A stretch of 64,000 nucleotides of DNA from Octopus bimaculoides (Eukaryota): positions 24,419,520-24,483,519 of the forward strand of contig NC_068999.1 of assembly GCF_001194135.2 (NCBI RefSeq), read 5' to 3'. Shown here piece after piece: positions 1 through 11,347 of this stretch. Made by a program: the position numbers and the translations under genes. Each line of letters starts with the position of its first letter. Within the stretch, counting starts at the first letter, position 1. The notes under the pieces are model-generated. The model searched no databases. It worked only from the letters and a program-made list of their open reading frames with translations, and had not been told where the DNA came from.

Positions 1-224
1 GCACATAAAAGACACCATTTCAAGCGTGGCCGTTTTCGTGCGGGTGACACGTAAAAGCACCCACTACACTCTCTGAGTGGTTGGCGTTAGGAAGGGCATC
101 CAGCTGTAGAAACTCTGCCAAATCAGACTGGAGCCTGGTGTTGCCATCCGGTTTCACCAGTCCTCAGTCAAATCGTCCAACCCATGCTAGCATGGAAAGC
201 GGACGTTAAACGATGATGATGATG
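1..224 (+). mobile_element. RTE-type retroposon 3' end with (GAT)n tail, young copy
   Basis: Ends ccatgctagcatgg-aaagcggacgttaaac-(gat)n. Near-identical inverted copy at 61886-62047. Confidence 0.8.
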
Positions 225-432
225 TGTTTGTGTGTCTGTGTTTGTCCCCCCACTATCGCTTGACAACCAATGTTGGTGTGTTTATGTTCCCATAACTTAG
301 CAGTTTGGCAAAAGTGACTGATAGAATAAGTACTCGGCTTACAAAGAATAAGTCCTGGGATCAATTTGCTTGACTAAAGGCGGTGCTCTAGCATGGCTGC
401 AGTCGTCAAATGGCTGAAAAGAGTAAAAGAAT
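225..432 (+). mobile_element. 3' half of tRNA-derived CORE-type SINE (family A, octopus OR-like)
   Basis: Matches the 3' halves of copies at 9268, 40213 and 47309 (cttgacaacc..gttggtgtgtt..aacttagc..ggtgct.cagcatggc..aaaagaata). Confidence 0.8.
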
Positions 433-434
433 AA

Positions 435-644
435 CCCTGTTGTTACCATATTTTTGTCAACACATACTGCCTTTGTTTCAGATAATTTTTGAAATAATGA
501 AGTATTTAGTAAAATTTCTTATTAAGTTGGGATCTGGAAAAAATTAGCATAAGATTTTGATAGAAGATCATTTAGACCACTTTAAAATAGCAAGTTTATG
601 TCATAGCACCTGGGGTGGTCTCAGGTGGGTTAGTATCAAAAGGG
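435..644. mobile_element. piggyBac-type MITE (family 2)
   Basis: Termini ccctgttgttacc...gtatcaaaaggg, flanked by ataa/TTAA. A diverged inverted copy lies near 14425-14585. Confidence 0.6.
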
Positions 645-897
645 TTAAAACATCTTTTGTATTGTAGAAATATAAGCAATTTATTGCAGATAAATTTAAG
701 CAACAAGATCTTATATGGAGCCTGGTTGAGAACCACTGAACTAGACTTTTGATGGTTGTGTCCCAGCAAGACTCTTGTCCAATGACTACAACTAATAAAA
801 GATTGAAGAGTAAATATTTTCAAAAAATGGATGTAATGTTCATAAATTTTAAAAAAGGAATTCTAATATCTGTATAATCTGATGTTTAATAAGTTAA

Positions 898-1329
898 CCC
901 TTTAGCATTCAGATTACTCTCTCACATGTACAAAGGGGTGCTGTAAAGTCCAAGCTTTAAGGGTGTTGCGAAATGCCTGGTTGAAGACCCAACCTTTCAA
1001 GTTCTTTTATAGGGCTCAGAAAAACTAAAGGACTGCTGTAATAAGTGCGTGAATTTGAGAGGGAAATATGTTGAATAAAATCTTACTGATCCTCCTGTAT
1101 TTTCTTTATCCCAAAGCCAGGAACTTTTCAGCATCCCCCCATATGACTTTTTATTCACATTGGTTTGAATTAATCATGTGTTATCTTGTAACTTTGAGAT
1201 TTTGATGAAGTGATTGTTTATTTTTAGAATGACATTGCTGGGTAGATGTGAGAGACCAGATCTAGCCAGTTTGAGCATTGAACAGTTAGAAATTTTGGGC
1301 CAGGTATAGTCAGTTTAAGTGCTAAAGGG
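898..1329. mobile_element. piggyBac-type MITE (family 1) with a nested mariner MITE
   Basis: TTAA-CCCTTTAGCA...TGCTAAAGGG-TTAA. Uninterrupted copies at 1356-1565 and 3761-3976. Confidence 0.8.
931..1141. mobile_element. Mariner-derived MITE, nested
   Basis: TIR ggggtgctg(a)aaagt.c..gcttt / aaagccaggaacttttcagcatcccc with TA on both sides. The interior retains a mariner C-terminus (CNKCVNLRGKYVE*). Second copy at 4476-4686. Confidence 0.8.
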
Positions 1330-1355
1330 TTAATTGTTTAGCTTACTGCCTTTAA

Positions 1356-1565
1356 CCCTTTAGTATTCAGATTTTTCTGTCAAAATGCTTTTTTATTCAC
1401 ACTGTTTTGAATTTATCATGCATTATCTCATAGCTTTGAGATTTTGATGATGTATCTGTTTATTTTTAGAATGACATTGTAGGGTAGGTGTGAGAAGCTT
1501 GATCTTGTTGACTTGAACAGGTAGAATATTTAGGCTGGGTATGACTTCTTGAAATAACCAAAGGG
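1356..1565. mobile_element. piggyBac-type MITE (family 1)
   Basis: TTAA-ccctttagtattcag...aaggg-ttga; colinear with 898-1329 once the nested insert is removed. Confidence 0.75.
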
Positions 1566-2260
1566 TTGACCAACATCAGTTCTTTCATTAATTAATTGCT
1601 TTGTTCTTTTACTGGTTTCACTTATTTGATTGTGGTCATACTGGAATGTCATTGTCAAGGTTTTTTTAGTTGATTCATTCGACCTCTTTACCATCTAAGA
1701 TAGTACTTATTTTATCAGTTTCAAAAGAGGACCAAAAAAAATGTCAACCAGATGTAAGAAGAGGTGCAGACTTATCACAGGCTGTTTTTTTATTGGAGGC
1801 ACTCTTACCACACACATGCATCCTCTCCCACATGATGTGCTTTTACATAGTCTCTATTAAATAATTTTAGTCACTGGGCTTTGTTCAACTTGAGGCTAGG
1901 GTAGGAGGCATTTGAATACACACCTGACACAATTAAGCCTTTAATTTATTTTTTATTTTCTATTCTTATGAGATAGGGCAGATCTTAAAACAATATCCTT
2001 TCTGTGCTGCATGAATAAAGTGAGTTTTTGGGGGGTAATGTGGTTAGTGTTTGGCTTCAATTGTGGTATAAATACAGTTTAGTGGCTTGATAATTAGATT
2101 CCAATACAGGTATAGTATCTAAGCCATTCAAAGTGTATAGTATCTATCCGTCTATCTCTGTGTGTGTGTGTGTAATCAATTTACCTAAAGGATCATTTGC
2201 TCTTACAGTGTAATCACTCAGAGTGGGTGTAAAGTGTCTTTATTATCATTATATATATGT

Positions 2261-2458
2261 TAAGGCTGGCAAAATTGTTGGCATGCTGAGCAAAATGCTT
2301 AGTGGCTTTTCATCCATCCTTATATTCTGAGTTCAAATTTCACCAAGGTCAACTTTGCCATTCATCCTTTTGGGGTTGATAAAATAAGTAATGAACTTGC
2401 CCCTCCTCCGCAAGACAATTTCAGGCCTTGTGCCTATAGAAGAAAGGATTATCATTAT
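2261..2458 (+). mobile_element. tRNA-derived SINE family C, (ATT)n tail
   Basis: Head gctggca.aat.gtt.gca, B-box gagttcaaatt, body ctttgcc.ttcatccttt.gggg, tail ggccttgtgcctatag.agaaaggatt. Confidence 0.7.
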
Positions 2459-3119
2459 ATATGTTGACTTAACACATGTTCTGTTTAAAATATTGATATT
2501 CAAAGGGATTTAAAGGCTGTTTTCTTTCTATTTTATTTCTAATATATGCTTATCAGTTTTTTTTTTGTTTTGTTTTTTGTTTTTGCAAGATGAAAAGTTG
2601 TTTTCTTCTCCCTTTCCCACTGTAGAACACAGGTTGCTAAAAAGGTAATTGATACAGGAATGTTTTCATCAAAGTATTTAATTCCTTTAATATTTGGTAA
2701 TAAATGTAACTTGAAAAGTATAAAATACTAACATTTTTTCATGACACTTCTTCGCTCCAAAACAGTTTTGGTATTAAAACACTTCAGAGATAACTTTGAG
2801 ATCTAAGAACCGAAGAATTGTGTTTTTAACCTAAATTGTTTGATCATTCTCTCTGAGACTGTTTATATAGTAGTCAGCATCCAGGAAAAAAAAAAAGAGA
2901 GAGAGAAATCATTGGGTGATGTAAGCTTGACAGTAGGACACCACAGCAAAGAGATTATGAAATAAAAAGTATTCCACGTCCTACTCAAAAATATATAAAC
3001 AGTCTGATGGAACAAGCATGCATGGTTCTAACTATACCAAAAATTAAGAACCAATTAAGTTTAAATCATGTCCTTTCAGTTATAGTTCTGTGTAGCCCTC
3101 TCTGAGCCATAATCTAACA

Positions 3120-3383
3120 CAGGGCTTTTCAAACTGTGGTCCCCGGACCACAGGGGGTCCGTGGACAGCAAATACTTTTTATGGGCAATTTGATTTTATA
3201 TATGTTTTTTAATCGAAATCTTTTAATTGACAATAAACCTATTTGTTAAATACTGTTAAATAAATAAATGTAAAAATATATGATATTTTAAGGAAATATT
3301 TATGTATAAATTTCATAAGCGTTTATAAGGGTAAAGCCTGAAATATAAAGGGGTCCGCAAGTCAAAAAGTTTGAAAACCCCTG
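3120..3383. mobile_element. hAT (Charlie-like) MITE
   Basis: TIRs cagggcttttcaaact / agtttgaaaacccctg. Perfect 8-bp TSD atctaaca at 3112-3119 and 3384-3391. Confidence 0.9.
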
Positions 3384-3760
3384 ATCTAACACTTGTTTAG
3401 AGCAAGGTTAGGAATACTTTCTTGTTTACAATTAATTCATTTGTCCTTTGATTTGATGTGAAATATTTGTTTAGTAATTCCTATTCGTGGGAAAACGTTT
3501 GTGTATGTACCTTCTAGTTAATCGAGAGCACCAGTTTCAGCTCCAGTTTATTGTTTTCATAGAAACACCTTAATACTGAAAATTCATTAATACCAACTTC
3601 CACCAATATTCTTGCTATATTGCCTAAAAAGGAGAGATACTAACTTCAAAACATGTAAGAGACTAATATGGACAAATAGATATATAAAGCTTTTGTCTGC
3701 GAGTGCTTTGAGCTCAGTGCTTCATATATATTTAGGGAATATTGCAATACTTCTTTTTAA

Positions 3761-3976
3761 ACTTTTAGTATTTAAACTGACCATATCTGGCCAAAATATT
3801 CTACTTGTTTTATGTTCAAAGCAGCCAGATCTAGCCTCTCACACCAACCCTACAATGTCATTCTAATCCTAAGTAGTTACCTCATCAAAATCTCAAAGCT
3901 ACAGGATAATGCATGATAAATTCAAAACTGAATAATTAAGCATTACTTTTAACAGAATAATGTGGATGCTAAAGGG
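3761..3976. mobile_element. piggyBac-type MITE (family 1), inverted
   Basis: Reverse complement of 1356-1565, with TTAA at both ends. Confidence 0.75.
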
Positions 3977-4475
3977 TTAAAGCAATTGGTACTTGGGCAG
4001 GCCTCTAACTTAAAAATAATTTGTAGAATCATTTTAGTAAATTTAGTAAAATGCTAGAAATGTTTTCAGCTATAATCATCACATTTCCTTTAGTGTTTGT
4101 GTGTGAGAGAGAGAGAGAGAGACTGAGAGACTGCAGAAGGACTAGAATGGGTGGAAGATGGAAGAGACAAGGGTATGATGGAAAATGTAGGGATATTTAG
4201 AGGGTGAAATTGGAAGAGGAATAATTGGCACTAGAAGTGGGTGATAAGATAAAGACAAGAGTAGGTGTTGTGTGGCAATAGAGGTTGGAGTAAAGTGAAG
4301 TGGATGGTGCAATCAGCACAGGTGATGAGGAGATGAGTGATGCAAAAAAAAGGAGACAAAGAGGAGGGGGTGAGCAAAAGGTATATGAAAGAGGGGAGGG
4401 GAGGATACATGGTGTGAGATCAACAAAGGTAGGCTTGGTAGAGTATATATAAATAAGTATACATGTATATAAATA

Positions 4476-4686
4476 GGAAGGGGTGCTGAAAAGTTCCTGG
4501 CTTTAAGGGTATCGCAATAGGTCTGGTTGGAGGTCCAACCTTCCAAGTTCTTTTATAGGGCTTAGAAAATCTGTAGGACCACTGTAATAAGTGTATGAAT
4601 CCAAGATATGTTGAATAAAATCATAATTAACTGATCCTCCTGTATTTTCTTTTACCCAAAGCTAGGAACTTTTCAGCCCCACCTCA
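4476..4686. mobile_element. Mariner-derived MITE
   Basis: TA-ggaaggggtgctgaaaagttcctggcttt...aaagctaggaacttttcagccccacctca-TA; same family as 931-1141. Confidence 0.8.
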
Positions 4687-4699
4687 TATATATATGGTT

Positions 4700-5060
4700 G
4701 GTTTCTAGGCTCTATTTTCATATCAGGGTACATTTTGCCTTGGGTGGATAGGTCTTTTGCAGCACTGCACATTACCAATCAGTGCATGTCCTCCATAAAA
4801 CACATCTTCAAACCAGTGACCTTCACCATTTTGTTCCACATCTTTTCTGCATGTTCCACTAACTTCCATATTCAGTATCAAAGTGCATTCCATGCCACAC
4901 AATACAGCCCTCTCTCTTGTATACAACACCTGATTCCTCTTCTACCCAGTTTCTTTCTTAGCTCGTTTGTACTCTGACATTCAAGCACACTTACATTACT
5001 CATCTATTGGAACATATTAGCTTTATTTCTTTCTAGTCTTTGCAAGTCTTCTGCATTTAA
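4700..5060 (-). pseudogene. Decayed RTE LINE C-terminal fragment
   Basis: Minus strand reads AEDLQRLERNKANMF..NVSV..QSTNELRKKLGRRGIRCCIQER; homologous to 30040-30180. Confidence 0.7.
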
Positions 5061-6534
5061 TATAATATAATGTGTGTGCGTGTGTATTATAATGCAGTAA
5101 ATATTCAACAAATCAAATCTTTAAAAAAAACAAATCATTAAATTTAAATGTAATGAAGCTTTTTGTCAGTTATATTTAAGTTGATATAACATTTGTAACT
5201 TAAAATTATAATTAATATTTTATATTTTATATACTTAATACATTTAGTGGGTTTTTTTTTATCTTTGATTGGGCAATTAGATTTAAAGTTGTTTCTGTTG
5301 GTAATAAAAACTATTTGGACTACTTTGCTAGAGCAATTAAGATACTAAAATAAATCTAGTTAAAGGTCCCCCTTTGTTCTGAAATTTTGTTTCCTTTTAG
5401 CATGAAAACTTTCTTGAGTTTCTATGACTAAGTCTTGTATTTTAAGTAGGTTAGTTTGAAAAGGCTCTTGTATTAAAATCCTTTATCAAATGAGGAAACT
5501 GCCACCATTCCTCTTAGTTCTCAAGCTCTCAATTTTGCCAGAATTTCATAAAAACTGTTGTTGGTTTGTTCTTTTCTCTTATACTTATTCACAGAAAACT
5601 TACATTACATAAGAATATGTCTCAACATTTCTTCATGTTTTAGCTACACACTGCCTTCATGCTTACTCCTCAAGCCTCTATGCTCTCTTTCTCAACCATC
5701 TTTTTTTTTTACCTTTTGAAATTGTCATACAGTTATTTTTTTTTCTCTTCTTTTCTGAAAAATAGTAGGATAGATATAGTCAACCAGCATGATGGCCTTC
5801 TGTTTTTTGTGGCACAGTGTGAATTCATTGAGCAATATGCAAAGTTGCACATGATCAAAGTTGTTCTTGTTATTTAACTCAGCTCAAAGTCTGATTACAC
5901 AGGCCTATGATCAAAGAATTCCAGCTGTGGCCATCTTGCTTTCCTTTTTATCCAGACTACATTTTCCAGTGACTCCTTTTTTAAAAAAAACTAGGATATT
6001 GTCCGGGGGAAATTTGCCTGCTATTTCTAGCTAGCAACTGTTTGCAGGCTCCCTCATTGCTACAGTTTTATTTGCTGGTGGAATTTGTGTCTATGAGAAA
6101 ATAGGTTTCTGCCTGTTACAAGTTAATTGTTCTGATAACTGGAGTTACTGAATCTGTCATTTGAAATTAAATTTTGCCATGATCAAAGTTAAATCTCTTG
6201 TTTCTATTTGTTTTCTTTTTCTTTAGTTACTCCTGTTTCTTACAACTGTTACTCCTGTTTCTTCTCACTTGCTACTCCTGTTTTTCTCCACTCTGTGTTT
6301 CTCCATGAGACTGTAAAATATGGAACGTCTTTTTTCATTACATTCCACCTCTTTAATCTTGAGCCAATGAAAAAGTCTTTATGTAGTCATTTAAGCTCTT
6401 GAAAATAACAACCAAATCTCTCTCAACCACACTCTGTTGTCTTTTAAAAAAAAGGTACATTGAATAATGTAGTTTGCAGTACTATGGATGAAAAAAAGGT
6501 CTTGATGGTTATGGGTGAAATGCCTTTTTCTATA

Positions 6535-7153
6535 CAAAATGTGTCCAAAAAGTATCTTTATTTTTATTTTTCCCTCATCAAAATTAACGCTGCATGGGCA
6601 AAATCCTTTGGGTGGGAGGTAACACCACCCTTCCTGCACATGGTTGAAAATTTTCATGCCAGGAGGCCACATCAGTTCCCAGCTGTTATACCTGAAATAC
6701 AGATGTGTAATATGTGCTCATCAGATTTTCGTTTTCATGCAAGATGACTGAATACATCCAACAGAGACCATAATCCTATGTCTTATCACCAGTGATGATG
6801 CTCTTCATGAAGTCTGGGTTGCAGTTTACACAGTCCAGCATGTCCTGAATGATTTCCATGTAGAGCAGCTTCTTGCTGCTCTGTCAGCACCCTGGAGACG
6901 AATTTCACCAGCACATTGCCAAAGGCCTACTGAATCTTTTAGATGGTTTGAACTTTAGTATCACCAACCTTTTTGCAAAATCTGATGAGTGCTTACTACA
7001 CATCTGTACTCTAGGCATAACAACCAGGAACTGATGCAGCCTACTGGCACAGAAATTTTCATTTATGTGCCAGAAAGGTGGTGTCACTTCCAATGCAAAT
7101 GATTTTGCCTATGCAGCAAAAAATAAAGTCAGATACTTTTTGAATGAACCTTG
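6535..7153. mobile_element. Non-autonomous mariner (irritans-like) with two inverted 5' ends
   Basis: TA-flanked. Long inverted arms of about 190 bp (about 6535-6730 and 6970-7153). The core on the minus strand reads KFVSRVLTEQQ...QDMLDCVNCNPDFMKSIITGDKT. Confidence 0.75.
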
Positions 7154-8360
7154 TATGTCTGTTTGATCAGGGTTGACAGGGGACAAAATAACAAGCTTAA
7201 ACTATTACTAAACAAGTTATTCTTAATACTAAACTCTTCAGAAACTAACCCTATACAATTTACAATACTGCATCATATATGTTTTACTTCCTGTTCAAAA
7301 GTTAACACCTCTCTCTGATTATCAGTCTAAGAAAGTTTATCCTTGCTCCGACAAGTGTGGCACTTCATGGACCCAGAATAGTTTGTGAATCACTACTGAT
7401 TATCACGATGTATTGCCAGCTGTGTAGTAAGATATACAGATGTACCAAGGTTATACCAACATCTTGTATTGGACTACACATCCAAAAGTATGTTATAGCA
7501 GTTGTTAGAAAAGTCTCTTTTCTTCCAAATCATGCTCAAACAGTTTGCTTTCCTGTATAAAGACAAAACAACTGATTTTTCCCAAATACCTTCTCATGTG
7601 AAAATCCCAAGCAAGTTTTCAAAATTCCCTAGATTAAAGACTTTTGTTGAAAGCCAAACAAATAATTTGGGTGAAGTAACAAAAATAACTATTACACAAA
7701 TGACCTCCAATGTTTTTATTAGCGAAAATTATTTTTGATTGTTAACAAATAATTTTCACTAATAAAAACATTCTGTATATGTTTGTCTGGTGAAATGACG
7801 GTACAGTAATCCAAAATTGAAGGTGGATGAAGTCTGTATCAAGGTTTGACAATAAGACAAAGTCTTCTGTCTATATATTGAAGCTGTCAAATCAAAATGT
7901 TTCAAAGTAACACAGAGAAGTTTTTTAAGCCATATATGCTAATATATCCTATATTACTCCCATTTTATTGATTGCTGGCACAGTCATGGCTGTACTATGG
8001 TTCTATTGTATATAGAACAGGTCAAACATCATAACACCCAAGATTATTAGAAATACTTCATAATCAAGGTCATGCATAAAAGACCCTGCTAAAGCTGTGA
8101 TTCTTTTCCAATTGTAACTTTATTCCAAAATATGAACAGCCCTGTAAATGTAAGGCAAAAAAAAAAAAAAAAGAAAATTACATAAAATATGTCTCTGGAT
8201 TTTCTTTCATATTCAAATTGTGAATATTAACTTAAAAATGAAATTGCAGATAATAAAGCAGCATCGTTTCTACTTTGGTTATACCCCCATGGTTATACTT
8301 TTAGAAATAAACAAGCATATTCTGTGTATGTCAGTTGTCCCAAGATCACTAATTTGTAGC

Positions 8361-8738
8361 GTGGAGGCGCAATGGCCTTGTGGTTAGGGCAGCAGACTCA
8401 CGGTCATAGGATCATGGTTTCGATTCCCAGACAGGGCGTTGTGAGTGTTTATTGAGCGAAAACACCTAAAGCTCCACGAGGCTCCGGCAGGGGATGGTGG
8501 CGAACCCTTCTGTACTCTTCCACCACAACTTTCTCTCACTCTTACTTCCTGTTACTGTTGTGCCTGTAATTCAAAGGGTCAGCCTTGTCACACTGAATAT
8601 CCCCGAGAACTATGTTAAGGGTACACATGACTGTGGAGTGCTCAGCCACTTGCACGTTAATTTCACAAGCAGGCTGTTCCGTTGATTGGATCAACTGGAA
8701 CCCTCGACGTCGTAAGCAACGGAGTGCCAACAACAACC
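8361..8738 (+). mobile_element. tRNA-derived SINE family B, (CAA)n tail
   Basis: tRNA-like head with A/B boxes (tggccttgtggttaggg...ggtttcgattccc). 10-bp TSD aatttgtagc at 8351-8360 and 8739-8748. Homologous to 48519-48915. Confidence 0.85.
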
Positions 8739-9267
8739 AATTTGTAGCAGCAGTAGAGAAGCTATCCCTGAGCACCCATTTTTCAAATAACAGTTAAATA
8801 CTTACTGCTGAAAACAATCAAGACTCTCATACACTTTCAATCTGCTGAACAGTTGCTTGACCTTCACCACTTGAGCATGTCGCTTAGTGGCTGACAATAT
8901 GTGTATCTCTGATCATGAATAGAAATGGGGGAGCATCATAGCCATGTGTTGAGAGGGATTCTTTGGGGGTTTAAATGAATGTAAGAAAAGCAAAGTTTGA
9001 AAGAAATATTAGTCATTTTTCATACTTTCTGGGGGTAAGCAAATAGGAAATAAAAGTTGCTACCCAAGGACAAAAATCATGTTACACAGTGTTATCATAT
9101 CTCCCAAGCAGTTCAAAACTCAAAATCAAAGTAGCCTTTCTTGCTGAGAATTCTCCAAAAACTTGTTATTTTCTCTCTCAGGGTAGCACTAATGTGGTAT
9201 TTTGTTGGTGTCATGGTATTGTTGACCTCTTAGGAAATGGGGGAAAAAAACAATAGAATGACCAGAA

Positions 9268-9600
9268 GTGACTGTATGATAAGAAGCTTGCTTCCCAACA
9301 ACATGGTTGTGGATCCAGTTCCACTGTGTGGCACCTTCTACAGGTGTCTTCTACTTTATAGCTTTGGGCCAACCAAAGCCTTGTGAATAGATTTGGTAGA
9401 CAGAAACTGATGTCCCCCACATCTGCTTGACAACCAGTGTTGGTGTGTCCCCTGAAACTTAGCTGTTCAGCAAAAGAGACTAATAGAGTAAATACCAGGC
9501 TTTAAAGACAAAAAGTACTTGGGTTGATTCATTTGACTAAAGTCCTTGAAGGTGGTGCTCCAGCATGGCCACAATCTAATGGCTGAAACAAGAATAAAAC
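9268..9600 (+). mobile_element. SINE family A (CORE-type)
   Basis: Head taagaagcttgcttcccaa, CORE-like gcacctt...gtgtcttcta, family 3' end. Confidence 0.8.
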
Positions 9601-10109
9601 TTTATTACAGTGTTGATGAAAATACCATATAGATAATTTAAAATCCTAGATCTGTAAATATATGAATAGTTTATCCAGAAAGAGCTGGGGACATAAAAGT
9701 CCATAACAAACTGCAGCAGATGTAGCCTTCACTAAGTGACAATTTTCGTCATTTTTAGGCAACCTTATTCTTAATATGTACTTATATTTTTGCATTCAGA
9801 GTTGATCTTGCCAGAAACATGTGTAAAATAAGTTAATCAAACTGACTTTTTCTGGTACAATAATTAAAATCCTAATTGGAGGAGTGGCTGTGTGGTAAGT
9901 AGTTTGCTTACTAACTACATGGTTCCCGGTTCAAATAAAAGAATAAACTAATTAATCTTTTGATTCTGCATTCTGTTAACTTTCCATTCTCTGTCTTTTT
10001 CCTTCTCTTGAATGTATGTTTCTTATGGGCTCAACTCTTGCCAAGCCTACACGCTTCCCTTCCTTCCTATTTCAGTTCAGTTGTTTTCTTTCAATACTTT
10101 TGCTTCCTT

Positions 10110-10407
10110 CTGCAGTCATATGGTCTCAGGTTCAGTCCTACTGTGTGATACCTTGGGCAAGTGTCTTTCACTATAGCCCTGGGCCAACCAATGCCTTGTG
10201 AATGAGTTATATATGTGTTTGTGTTTGTTCCCCTTGTGTTGGTTATGTCCCCGTAACTTAGCAGTTTGGCAAATGAGACCAATAGAATAAGTATTAGACT
10301 TTAAAAAAAAATTTCTGCTGTGGTTGATTTGTTTGACAAAACTTTTCAAGGTAGTGCCCCAGCATGGCCACCATCCAATGACTCAAATAAGTAACAGATA
10401 GAAGATA
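10110..10407 (+). mobile_element. SINE family A, 5'-eroded (a head-only stub also lies at 9878-9950)
   Basis: ccttgggcaagtgtctttcactatagccc CORE-like motif plus the family 3' end. Confidence 0.75.
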
Positions 10408-10625
10408 TATGTTTAAAGACATTTCTCCTATAAAAAAAATAACAAAAAAAAAACAGAGTCCAGTGGTTGTGTGTGTGTGTGTGTGTGTTTTCTGGAGTCA
10501 ATAAAAATAAGTACCAGATTTATTCTAGGGTTGAGACAGTCAACTGCATCTTCCTACAAATTTCTCATAATGTTCCATTATGAGAAAATATATATTTTGT
10601 TATCACTGTATTTAAGCACATATAT

Positions 10626-10719
10626 TGTTAAACTGGAATACTATGTCTTCTCTTTGTTAAACTGGAATACTATATGTCTTCTCTTTGTTAAACTGGAATA
10701 CTATATGTCTTCTCTTTGT
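10626..10719. repeat. Minisatellite, 3 x 29-31 bp
   Basis: Unit tgttaaactggaatacta(ta)tgtcttctctt repeated three times. Confidence 0.95.
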
Positions 10720-11041
10720 ATGATGCTGTTTCAGTCATCAGAAATGTTTTCTTAAAGCATCTAAAAACATTTTATAATACCCTCCCTTCTCACTGCTTTT
10801 TAGCAAAAGATACTAATTAAATGCTCATCATTAAAATATTCTTTATAGTTTTGATAATGTTAAGATTCCTCTTACTGGCAATATTTGCAACTTAATCTCA
10901 GTGAGAAATTTCTATCAAAGCATGTGATGAAAAGTAAATTATTTATCACTGTAAATACTAAATAGTAAGATGATGTTTATCTGTTGCAGAAGCCTGAAGA
11001 AGAAGATAAAATCTAATTTGATATATATATATATATATATA

Positions 11042-11347
11042 NNNNNNNNNNNNNNNNNNNNNNNNNNNNNNNNNNNNNNNNNNNNNNNNNNNNNNNNNNN
11101 NNNNNNNNNNNNNNNNNNNNNNNNNNNNNNNNNNNNNNNNNNNNNNNNNNNNNNNNNNNNNNNNNNNNNNNNNNNNNNNNNNNNNNNNNNNNNNNNNNNN
11201 NNNNNNNNNNNNNNNNNNNNNNNNNNNNNNNNNNNNNNNNNNNNNNNNNNNNNNNNNNNNNNNNNNNNNNNNNNNNNNNNNNNNNNNNNNNNNNNNNNNN
11301 NNNNNNNNNNNNNNNNNNNNNNNNNNNNNNNNNNNNNNNNNNNNNNN
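11042..11347. other. Assembly gap (others: 38036-38701, 39583-40180, 40707-41676, 55301-55584, 57478-58136)
   Basis: Runs of N, each abutting a (TA)n-rich tract on at least one side. Confidence 1.

Noticed and set aside
8361-8440. tRNA-like sequence (also 35301-35366, 48840-48915 and 52755-52830)
   Set aside because: Continuous with SINE bodies or too degenerate for a cloverleaf; treated as SINE heads, not tRNA genes.
10626-10719. 30-bp direct repeats resembling a CRISPR array
   Set aside because: No spacers, eukaryotic context and no cas genes; it is a minisatellite.
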